A stretch of DNA of 64,000 nucleotides from Owenia fusiformis (lineage: Eukaryota). The notes beneath the pieces were generated by a model. The model made no database searches, had not been told where the DNA came from, and saw only the letters and a program-made list of their open reading frames with translations. The position numbers and the translations under genes are program-made. The stretch lies in assembly GCA_903813345.2 (NCBI GenBank), contig CAIIXF020000001.1, positions 19,220,001 to 19,284,000 of the forward strand. The letters are read 5' to 3'. Every line of letters begins with the position of its first letter. The stretch's first letter is position 1. Positions 27,302 through 38,600 of the stretch are shown piece after piece.

Positions 27302-28858
27302 ATGGGATGTGTACATTCTAATTTTCCCCTGCTTTGCAATCGGCAGACAGACGTCGAAAAATGCTTCTTTGATGCAATATTCATGAATGATCTGGCAACA
27401 ATGGAAGCATGCTTGAAAAACAAAGTGGATATTAATATGATATACATATGCGACAGTATAATAAAACATGCATTGACAACCCCTCTGACATGGGCATGCA
27501 AGAAGGATTACCCTTCCAATGAGGGCCTTAGATGTGTTCAATATTTAATACAGAATAACGCTGATGTAAACAAAAAAGATGGACATGGAAGGCTTCCTTT
27601 GTCATACGCTACAGAAAGCGGAGACTATGACCTGATGAAAGAATTGATCAGTGCAGGTACTCATGTAAAAAAGGATACTGCCCTTGATGAGTGTGTTGAG
27701 AAATCATTGTTACATTGGGCTGTGTATAATCCTCGCTGTATGGAGCTCTTAATACAACATGGTGCTGATGTAAATGCCCTTAGAAATAAGCACACTCCAT
27801 TGATTCATGCTGCAAAGCACTGTGGAAATGCAGAGTGTGTGAAGCTATTGATAAAACATGGTGCAGATTTGGAGTACAGAGACTTAGGAAATGAGAGTTA
27901 TGATTTGTTTTCATTATGTCCACGTCCCCACAATTATACCGCACTGTTTTATGCCTTGACTGAGAGATCATTCTCTACTGTTGAAATTTTATTAGATGCT
28001 GGAGCAAACTATAATGGATTAATATTCCCAGATCAAGAAAATTCCAGAAGTGCTCTGCTTGCTTTAATAGAATTTGGGCGATCGAGATCTACATACTGCT
28101 GCATGTATTATACAGACTATAGATTAGCAGTAGAAACACGTAAGTCCTTAAAGGGGCATAGGGAATTCCACAATTTTGACAAGTGTGCAGCATTACTGAT
28201 CAAATATGGCTGTACTCCAGAACTTGAATGTTTAGGAAGGTATCTTAGTCATGGAAATGCAGATATTTTTAAGCAAATCTTGGATGCTTTGACTTCGAAA
28301 TATGAGCCTGACACACTGTTTCAGAAATTTAAATCTTCCCCTACTGAAGTGAGTCTCAGGGCAGAGAAGTATGATTGTGCCAAATTACTTCTTGAATATG
28401 GAGATACTGTGACGGAAAATATTAACACATTAATTAGTTCTATGTACATTAGAGACCGGACTGATCCAAGGAAATTGAAATTCTACAAACAGTCCACCAA
28501 ATTAATGTTAGATTATGGCGCAAGGGTATCATTGTGTCGATTTTTCAAAGTTTCAAAGTATCATATCTCTAAGGCCTGCAAGAGTGTAGATCAGATCAGA
28601 GAACTTCTTACAGTTTTAGATTGTTCCAACTGTAAAGAGAAAATATCAAGCCATGCATTCCTTCATAGCCCTTCTGGTGAGACTATAAACAACATAGTGA
28701 ATAGAAGTATTGAGTTGAAACATCTTACCAGAATGGTTATTAGAAAATGTTTGTTCTATGGGGGATTGCCACCTGGCAAATGGTTTGTTAGGAATCTGCA
28801 ACAGCTACCCATACCAGAGGCACTGAAGTGTTATGTTAGGTATATTGAACTGGAATAA
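27302..28858 (+). CDS. Ankyrin repeat and SOCS box protein (ASB-like), intronless CDS
   Basis: Several ankyrin repeats (TPLTWAC, GRLPLSYA, TPLIHAA, TALFYA, LLxxGADVN). C-terminal SOCS box ELKHLTRMVIRKCL...LQQLPIPEALKCYV. The first ATG at 27302 gives MGCVHS. Confidence 0.9.
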   Translation: MGCVHSNFPLLCNRQTDVEKCFFDAIFMNDLATMEACLKNKVDINMIYICDSIIKHALTTPLTWACKKDYPSNEGLRCVQYLIQNNADVNKKDGHGRLPLSYATESGDYDLMKELISAGTHVKKDTALDECVEKSLLHWAVYNPRCMELLIQHGADVNALRNKHTPLIHAAKHCGNAECVKLLIKHGADLEYRDLGNESYDLFSLCPRPHNYTALFYALTERSFSTVEILLDAGANYNGLIFPDQENSRSALLALIEFGRSRSTYCCMYYTDYRLAVETRKSLKGHREFHNFDKCAALLIKYGCTPELECLGRYLSHGNADIFKQILDALTSKYEPDTLFQKFKSSPTEVSLRAEKYDCAKLLLEYGDTVTENINTLISSMYIRDRTDPRKLKFYKQSTKLMLDYGARVSLCRFFKVSKYHISKACKSVDQIRELLTVLDCSNCKEKISSHAFLHSPSGETINNIVNRSIELKHLTRMVIRKCLFYGGLPPGKWFVRNLQQLPIPEALKCYVRYIELE

Positions 28859-28919
28859 AAATGTGATGCAAAAATATCTATTGACATTTGACCAACTTTA
28901 TTACTTGAAATAGGATAAA

Positions 28920-29300
28920 CTTTACAATTGATTGCATTTTGGATTACATGTGGCAATACAATTGATTGTACCCTTGATTGTAATTTGTACGATATATGGC
29001 AATTCTTACAGTTAGTTATTGTGTCGTAAGGCACTCTACAATTGCTTTCAGTGTGGATAACAGTATGTGGTACATTACAATTGATTGCAGGACTGCATGG
29101 TACATTACAATCGATTCCACTTTAGATTGTATGATCACATTTGACTACACTGTGGACTGTATGGCATATTACAATTGATTGTGCTGTGAACTGTACGATA
29201 TACAATCAATTGTACTGTGGATTTTATATACAATTGATTGTCCTGTATGTTGTATGGAGAATGTAATTGATTGCACTGTAGACTGTATGGTACATTAAGC
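28920..29300. repeat. Degenerate tandem repeat of about 32-34 bp (tacaattgattg core)
   Basis: Recurring acaattgattg...tgtatgg motifs immediately precede the young 32-bp array. Confidence 0.7.
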
Positions 29301-30260
29301 TTTGTACTGTGTAAGTAGTTATTGATAAGTTCTTTGTATTGTATAAGTAGTGATTGATAAGTGCTTTGTATTGTGTATGTAGTGACTGATAAGTGCTTTG
29401 TATTGTGTAAGTAGTGATTGGTAAGTACTTTGTATTGTGTAAGTAGTGATTTGTAAGTACTTTGTATTGTGTAAGTAGTGATTGGTAAGTACTTTGTATT
29501 GTGTAAGTAGTGATTGATAAGTGCTTTGTATTGTAAAAGTAGTGATTGATAAGTGCTTTGTATTGTGTAAGTAGTGATTGATAAGTGCTTTGTATTGTAA
29601 AAGTAGTGATTGATAAGTACTTTGTATTGTGTAAGTAGTGATTGATAAGTGCTTTGTATTGTAAAAGTAGTGATTGATAAGTACTTTGTATTGTGTATGT
29701 AGTGACTGATAAGTGCTTTGTATTGTGTAAGTAGTGATTGGTAAGTACTTTGTATTGTGTAAGTAGTGATTTGTAAGTACTTTGTATTGTGTAAGTAGTG
29801 ATTGGTAAGTACTTTGTATTGTGTAAGTAGTGATTGATAAGTGCTTTGTATTGTAAAAGTAGTGATTGATAAGTGCTTTGTATTGTGTAAGTAGTGATTG
29901 ATAAGTGCTTTGTATTGTAAAAGTAGTGATTGATAAGTGCTTTGTATTGTGTATGTAGTGATTGATTAGTGCTTGGTATTGTACATAGTGGTACATGGTA
30001 TTGTAAGTAGTGATTGGTAAGTACTTTGTATTGTGTAAGTAGTGATTGATAAGTGCTTTGTATTGTAAAAGTAGTGATTGATAAGTGCTTTGTATTGTGT
30101 AAGTAGTGATTGATAAGTGCTTTGTATTGTAAAAGTAGTGATTGATAAGTACTTTGTATTGTGTAAGTAGTGATTGATAAGTGCTTTGTATTGTAAAAGT
30201 AGTGATTGATAAGTGCTTTGTATTGTGTATGTAGTGATTGATTAGTGCTTGGTATTGTAC
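29300..30260. repeat. 32-bp minisatellite, about 30 copies
   Basis: Unit aagtagtgattgataagtgctttgtattgtgt with period 32. Confidence 0.97.
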
Positions 30261-30926
30261 ATAGAACGTGTTACATTGTACCTTCAATTTAATAAGTCCA
30301 ATTTCAACTTGAAATCAAAATATTTTGTCATAGTATTTGCATCATAATTTATACAACTTTTGTGTAAAAATAAATTGCAATATATGATATAAGAGACAGT
30401 TAAAATAGTTCGAAATTATGTTCATGTTATATTTAATTGTATATAATTCCCTTTTAATGGGGCAAGAAAGAATATAGAGTGTAAGATGTAGAAAGAAATC
30501 TTTTGAAAGCCATGCACATCAATATTTGTTTTAGATAACTGACGAAATGTACGTAGAAGTAATTAAAGATTGAAGATGCCGAGAAGTTAAAATTCAGAGG
30601 ATTTTGAATTACAGGGATAAGTTATATGTACTTATTACATTAACTACAATTACAAAACAAGAGAATGAATTGATTTGCATGACCCATGACTTTTTAACGA
30701 TGGACACATATTTATTTACCCAGCTTCTGTCATTTACTGCTTTTATAACTTGTTTCCCTATAGAGCTTTGAAAACATTATAATGACTCACTTTACACACT
30801 GAGGCAAGATTTGAAGAATACAAAGCTGGAAATCTGAAACTTCTAACTTTTGCCACAAATGAATATATAATAGATTTTTATGACTTGGAAAATATATGGG
30901 TTGACTACAAGATATAGCCTGACAAA

Positions 30927-32825
30927 ATGCATGGATTATTACTTTCCATTATTGTGTTTTTATATGGAGTGTCTTCAGCATGGGGACATGGGATTATGAT
31001 AGAGCCCCCAGCGAGACCTAGTCTATGGCGGTATGGATACAGGGTGCCCAAGAATTACGAGGACAATCAAGTATTTTGTGGTGGTTATGCGGTAAGCAAA
31101 AAATATATATAGGCTTGAATCTTGGTTAGTTAAGGGGATTTATATTTTGAGAGTATCAAGTACAAAAATATAAGGTGCCATAAACCATACATGTATATTT
31201 GTAGGCCCCTTTGTACATTGCTCTGATGCTACACCTTATATTTTCTGGGGCATTTTACACCAATAGATCCCAAAAGAATCATTTAATATTGACACTTCAG
31301 TTTCAGAATTGCTCTACAATATTGACAAATTTTCTTTTATTCCAGAAACACTGGTATGAGAATGGAGGTAAATGTGGCCCATGTGGCGACCCCTGGGAGG
31401 GACCGAGAGATAATGAAGCTGGTGGAAAGTATGCCAAAGGGATCATTGTACGGAAATATCAAACTGGACAAACTATTGATGTCTACATCAACATAACAGT
31501 TAACCACTGGGGCTGGTTTGAGTTTAAATTGTGTCCAAATAATGATGTGAATACACCCATAACACATGATTGTTTGGACCAGTTCCCCCTTGAGATCATC
31601 AACAGTGATACAAGGTACAATGAATCAATGTTGTTTTCAAAATGTTGCCATTGCGCTTCACTAAGAAGCAATGAAGAAGTAGTACAATGTTATTTTTATT
31701 TTTTTTTTTCAACCTCTTGGATAGCCCATTTATTTTCTTTTGTATTCATTTAGACAATAATACGTGTATTATGATAAAATTATTTAATTGAGGCATAAGA
31801 GGTAAAATTGGTAAAATGGAAGAGAAAGAAATATAAATATTTAGCATTCAAGTACTTATTGATAATTTAGTTTGGTAGATCTTCTGGTTTATTCTGATGA
31901 ATCATCTATTTGATGCAAAACTACCTGGGGGGGGGGGCTACCTTATATATCTGAACTCAATAGACACCCTCCAATGAGCCTTTATTTGCAGATTTGATTT
32001 ACCAAGCAAGGAGACTAAGATTTGGTTCCTCCAGGTTAAGCTTCCCCCACAACTTGAATGTTCTCAATGTGTTCTGCAGTGGAAATACCATGGTGGTAAG
32101 TAAGGAGCTGTTACTTCAGTGTGTGATACAATTGCTGACCCAGATTCCCTCATAGGAATCATTGTCCTGGTTCAGGTTTTCTCTACAGTAAAGGAAAATC
32201 CTAACTTTATTGTTCTGATGTTTGATTATGATTTATAAGATGGAATTACTTATAATGTGTCCTTTGCTGAGAATACCCTACAAAGTATGACTTTTCTTCT
32301 GCAAAATGCAATGTATTTTATTTGACCTCTTCATACAAGTTGACAAGTCCCTTGATAATAATATTTCTTTAACTAGTATTCTTTTTCTATCACTTGGACA
32401 AAAGATGAACAATTAATTTACCGTTTCCCATGTCTCTTCAATAATAAACGGTACAATCACTACGCATTCTTTTATACTTGTGTACCCAAAAAATTGTTCT
32501 ACATATATTTTCAGCCAATAGATGGGGTACTGATCCGGATGGCTGGGAATGTACAGGTTGTGGACCACAAGAGGAATTCTATGCATGTGCTGATATAGCT
32601 ATAGGCTATGATTACGACTCTGTACATGCACAGCTTCCAAAGCTTAAACCAGAGAGGAAGCAGCGCCCGACAAGTACAGCGCCCCCTGGTGGTGAGGGGG
32701 ATCCTTCAGATAGATCAGACCCCAGGATCATTATAGTGTACAGTGATGCAGTAGGGAGGGGGTATCAGTGGCAATCAATAACACTGGCCTTCTCAGTATT
32801 CATTCTCTTTTGGAACATTTTATAA
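30927..32825 (+). CDS. AA15-family lytic polysaccharide monooxygenase (chitin-binding type-4 / LPMO fold) with a hydrophobic C-terminal tail
   Basis: Exons 30927-31091, 31346-31614, 31992-32095 and 32515-32825 are in phase. A signal peptide is followed by His1 (HGIMIEPPARPSLWR). Further motifs: FCGG, NGGKCGPCGD, TVNHWGWFEFKLCP, LPPQLECSQCVLQWKY, NRWG and CGPQEEFYACADIAI. Confidence 0.93.
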
Positions 32826-33792
32826 AAGAATCACCAAACAAACATTGGCACTTATATCCTCAATGAAGGAGATGGGACTTCTATCTTAATAGAGGACATT
32901 TAAATATATAATTATAATCTTGTATTTTAACAGTGGTGGAAATTGAATACAATTTGTATTTCAACATGAAATAAAGATTCTAAATGAAATATGGATTTCA
33001 ATGTGACTGGTTTAGTTAAAGTTGGTAACAGTGTTACTGTTATTCTAAAATAAAGGTGCAGGAAGATGATTTCTGGTTGAGATTATAAAACTATTACCAC
33101 TATTAGATACAGACACTTCTTAATGATGACACAAAATACACACTTCTTAATGATGACACAAAAGCACAGTGGAGAATATAACTCTAAGCAGACTCTTGAT
33201 TCTTAAGAAATTGTCACCAAAATTGGCCTGCCCAGTCGTAAGATTCTTTATATTATCCAATTGGAATCTCTGTATTACATGTATGGCAAAGGCCAGGATA
33301 GATTGGAAGAGTTCTTATTTTTCAGAGTCACTTAATTTCAAAGGAGCTAAGAATTTGCCCCAATGCTAGTTTTGACCAAATTATTCCCAATATTACACAG
33401 CATTTAACACTAGATAATAGACCACATCAAACAATATGATTTTTTGTAATAGTTAAAAATAGATTTATTCAACAAATAAATTAATGCATTCCACTCAGAT
33501 AAATTCTATGTGCATTATTACTCATGAGTGACCACATAATATTTTCCCATAGTAAGTATTGTGCAACAATGTGCTTACATATAGTATAAATTGTCTCTCT
33601 ACAGCTTTATACATTTACATTGTGTGGCTAAATAAAACAAATACATAAAGGACAGGTGTTTTGTACAAATCCTCTTGAATCTCACTAAAAAACTAAGACC
33701 TTCATTTGTAAAACATGCAGTAGTACAATGTTGTATGTAAGTTCAGGATAATTTGTTGTTAAATTTTTACAGCCACCAGGTCAAAAGTTTAA

Positions 33793-33927
33793 AGCCACAC
33801 CTTTCATTAAAACGCAATCACGGGTTGTTTCCGTTTATAACTATATCAACTGGATATTAAAGCATCAATAATCTTGTCAGTCTATATATGATATATCCAA
33901 ATATTGTGTTTAAATGAAAGGTGCGGC
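33793..33927. mobile_element. Small TTAA-flanked MITE (Kolobok-like)
   Basis: ttaa|agccacacctttcattaaaacgcaat ... attgtgtttaaatgaaaggtgcggc|ttaa. Confidence 0.6.
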
Positions 33928-34634
33928 TTAAAGGTTTTCTTCCAAACATAATTTATAACATTTCAAATTATCCGCTCCTCTCCAAATGTCACTGAATATT
34001 TACTGATTTTTTCAAAGGACCTTTTACAATTAGGTGAACTATTTAACACTTTTTTGTTTTCTTGTAATCTGATTATTGAGAAAATTCACATCCTCAATGA
34101 AAATAAGTTTGATTCAAAAGAAGTATCTAAAAATTAAATAAATAATTACCCCCAAAAATAGATGAACTTAAGGTACACCTTTTATTTCATTTTTTAGATA
34201 CTTCTTTTAAATCATCCTAAATTTTCTTGTTTAGTTCACCAAATCGTGTTAGTTCCTTTAAAGTATCATTCCTTTTAATTTCAATGTGAGTGATAAAATA
34301 AAATGGGTAGTATGTTTGTAGATGTGGTCAAGAACCAATGTATCAACAATCAACTTTTTACCTCATCCTTTTATCAATCCTCCTACAATCAACCCTAAAT
34401 AAAAAAAAATATAGTAAAATATTCAATCATGTGGGAGTGTGTGTTGTGCTATTAATGCTAATAATTTTGAAATATGGTTACTCGTGCAACCTATCATACT
34501 GTCATATCACTATTCATTTAACTAACTACAATAAAACAATCCCAACAAGGACCAATTTAACACTTCATGTTTATTAAAAATGAGAAATACTGATATTGGC
34601 CCTTTCGGAACACTGATTTTCCACCTGATGTGTA

Positions 34635-34866
34635 CAGGGTGTCAAATAAATATGTTCTCCCTCTTAATTTCAAGAGAATGAACTTTGGTACATAAAAGTG
34701 CATCTAATTGAGCTAGTCATCTGAAACTTCTTGTGGTGTTGCTCTGTAAAACCTAGTTTAAATGTGCTAAAGAACAATTCAGATATCATGTCGTGAAAAG
34801 GATATTCCAACATTATGTGGATGTTAAAGCTGAGGAGGGGAGAACATATTTATTTGACACCACCTG
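34635..34866. mobile_element. Tc1/mariner-like MITE
   Basis: ta|cagggtgtcaaataaatatgttctccc ... gggagaacatatttatttgacaccacctg|ta. Confidence 0.85.
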
Positions 34867-35606
34867 TATATATTGTAATACACACACACACAGGGTGGGC
34901 CAATATTTTTTGTCGATTTAAAAGCCACTCAGTTAGTCAGCAAAATAATAACATAATATGTTTTTAATATTATTGCAAATCGACTAATCTTTCAAATGAA
35001 AAATGTAAATAAAATTATGACAATGTCCATATTATTCTAACAAACTGAATAGGGATTTATTTATTATGACAAATTTTCACTGATGAAGAATCTCTCTCAA
35101 CAGTTCTTTGAATAATATTATGATGCTTCAGCTAATTAATATACATGATCATTGTACTTGTACTACCAGCAACAAAAGACAATTTAGATAGTACACTAAA
35201 AAACACACATACACATCTCAGGTCCTTCAAGGTTCCGTAAGGTCACTTCCCTTGTAGATCACGTTTTATTTCTTAGCTGCCAAAATTGACTTATTTAACA
35301 GAGTAGGCTCAATCATAGCCCCAAATCTCCCTGATCCAAGTCAGGTACAGATAACTTCAAAATAACATCACATCTCAGTCATCCATTGCATTCAATCAGC
35401 TTCTCTATAATAGATATCTGAACCATGACTTGAATCGAGAGGTAAAACTAAATCTTGACCTGAACCATGATTGACCAGACACTCTATTTTTACAAATGAT
35501 CTGTGACAACAATCAAGTGTTAATAATATTAATACATGCACCGAAGAAGTGTTCTAGAGTACAATCCCCTTGCATGTTGCCATTCCTCCCAGCAAACTAA
35601 TGTTCT

Positions 35607-38600
35607 TTATTGCAGTGGTTTCTCTGATATGTCTGTGTAGCTCTTCACCCTTGAAAAGACAAGGTCCGGATATGCCTTTTTGGTGAGTTCAAACTCTGCA
35701 ACACTTTCGTGTCCAGTGTTTCTGAAAGTAGAATCAATGAACATGCCTTATGATTTAACCTCTAAAAGCTAGATTCTCTATTTCATTCCATGATAAAATA
35801 TTTAAAACCAGACTTGGCTCCAAAATGAAATATAAAATTCCAAGTCACAAGAATTGACCGGCTATTTAGTGCATATCCATAGTTTTTCATTTAAAGCAAA
35901 TGTTTTCTTCTTGCATCATGGATAAATAAATGTGAATATTATTTAAGAGCTTCCTACTTGTGAAGTGTGTGTATAGCGTAATGCTTCCATATCAGCCTTG
36001 TGTGTTTCCTTTTCCCAACATTTTCCACTTCCATAATCTATAAATAGAAAACAAAACATACATCTCTTGGAAAAGAAACCTCCAAGACACTGATGCTCCA
36101 TATTATATAGAGCTCAAGTTTTTAACTTTTAAAATCGACTTTATTAAAGTACTGTAAACACATTGCAATTAGTATTAGTCAATGCTATTTGAATCTACCA
36201 ACCGATTACTCCAATACTTGGTGTATTTTTCAAATATGAGAAAATCTAAACTAGATAATGGCAACTCCGTGGAGTAGCAAATCCCAACGAACAAAATATC
36301 AATTACCGAATTCCAATCAATTATACTCATTACTTTGGTTAAAATTGAAAAATTTAGATTTTAGAATTGCGAATTCCTGCAAAGCAGCCATTTTGAATTT
36401 TCTGAGGTACAAATCTGAAAAATAATAGCATAATTGTGATCTACTCCAAAATTCCTTCAATTTGAGTATAATATAGCCATACTTTGAAGGGATCGAAAAA
36501 TGATTGCGAAATCGTACATTAGACGGCCATTTTGAATTTTACGAGGCTAAATCAGAAAAAAAATACAATATTTGCAATCTACTCTTAATTGCCTTTCATT
36601 TGAGTATAATAAAGCTATACTTCAGAAAGATCTAAAAATTAGCGAAAATTTCTGTTTTCCTGACCCCCATACACAGCCCATGGGGGTCAGGATGAAAAAC
36701 ACGGAATATATGTGAAATAGATAGATGTTGCGAATATACTACCAAAATTTCAAACAATAATATTAATTACTTTGGTTTAGAATGAAAAATTTATGATATT
36801 TGCGAAAAAGTCCCCGTCATTTTTAAAGCGGCGGCCATCTTGAAAAAATTTTTTTTTGCGTAAAACAATTCATCAATATACATCTTTCCACTAAATATGA
36901 AGAAAATCCGTCCACTAGTATTTGAGTTATCTTCCGGACGGACGGACGGACGGACGGACGGACGGACTGACGGACTGACAGACTGACAGACTGACGGACT
37001 GACGGACGGACGGAGGGCTTCACTATATCCCTAACGAACTTCGTTCGTTGGGATAATTAAGAATGGTATTAGACTTCATAATTTTCAAACTTGATGTTGA
37101 TATGGACATACAAAAGATGTTTTCAAGGAATGGCCCAAATTGTATTGCATTGGATTGCATTGTATTGTATTGCATCGTATTGTGTTTTGTTCTCCACCAT
37201 TTAAGGCAACATATTTTGTCTGAACTTCAATTGATCCCTTGACCTCATGTACCTCAGGTGCATGCAAAACCACTATTGCTATTTGGTGAGGTCATAATTA
37301 ATTTGCCTTTAGCTTACCAGATGAAAGGTCTGTTCATCAGGGACATTGTTGATTTGCTGCCTTTGTCTCTTGTAGCGATACTTTAGGTTTAAGTTGTTTT
37401 CTTTGTGCTGTTGTCGTTTCAGGACAGCGGTTAGCTGTAACATAGTCAGGTCGACCAATAAACATATTTCATCAATGGGTAGGGATCCATTTGGATGTTT
37501 AACAAATATCTTATACATTATTTTCCAGACCACCTCATGCAATATTTCGTGAGGTCTTAAATTGTAGCTCATACCTTATTTCAACCGATCGAACTTGAAG
37601 GAATGATTATGGGCTATCATGGTAAAAATCAAATATGGTCACCTTAAATGTACCAACAAGTCCAAAATCCAATCAGTTTTAGTTCACATCTCATAAAACT
37701 TTTCAAGGTCAATATCACGAATTTCATAAAAATGTTCATTCACAATTTTTGACTTCAAATATATGTAAATCCAAATCTGAGTTGAGTTGAATGATGAGAG
37801 CAATAACACATATTTCAATGTTGCTATTATGGCCACTTACTGTAGTTCCAGCATGCCTGTAGTAGCCATGTAAGAGGCCTTGCATAGGAGATTTATTACT
37901 CTTCAGCTTACCGACGACTCCTTGAGGATCATCAGGAGAGGTCAGCATGAACATTGTACCTGCAAAATAATTTGTCAGCACATTATTGAGTGCCATTTCA
38001 CTTTAAAACTGTACTGGTACGTCACCACTTCTTGTTATAGTTTCCAACTTTTTTTATGGCCAGTGTTCCATGGTTTGTGTTCAGCAATCGGCAATGGGCA
38101 TACAGCATCATAACAAATGGCAGGTGGTGACATTTTGCATGTTAATGCATTGTCTTATACCTTGTTATGTATGAGAGAGAGAGCCACGATATGATTTTCT
38201 TGAAATGTTCTCGAACACAGAAGTCTACAAACTGAATGGCAAATCACCTAAGTCCAGCACGAATAATTTAGTCTGATAGGTAAGTCAAAAAACTGAAAGA
38301 ATCTTTTTGAGACACTACTATAGGGTTATCATTATGTTGTTTCTAGCTCTAGCTCTTTAAACACAATTTAATTTTAAAATTATACATATCATCCACAGAA
38401 AGTAAAATGTTGCTTAACTTAAGGCTTTAATTAATGCCATGGCATTAACTGTAATAACTTGTGTCAAGTAAACAATGAAGTATCTTCAATTAAAAAGGCA
38501 CTGACATTGAACACTCACATAAAGTCTCTTGAATGAAACTTTTGACAAAAATTGCAAGTTACTCACCATCTGGAAAAAACCTAGCGTAACGGAAGTATTG

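Noticed and set aside
29319..30287. 322-aa ORF on the minus strand
   Set aside because: It is the translation of a stop-free 32-bp minisatellite; the 32-aa periodicity equals three units.
36823..37023. ORF with SVRP repeats
   Set aside because: Translation of the (GGAC)n microsatellite of the HINE-like element.
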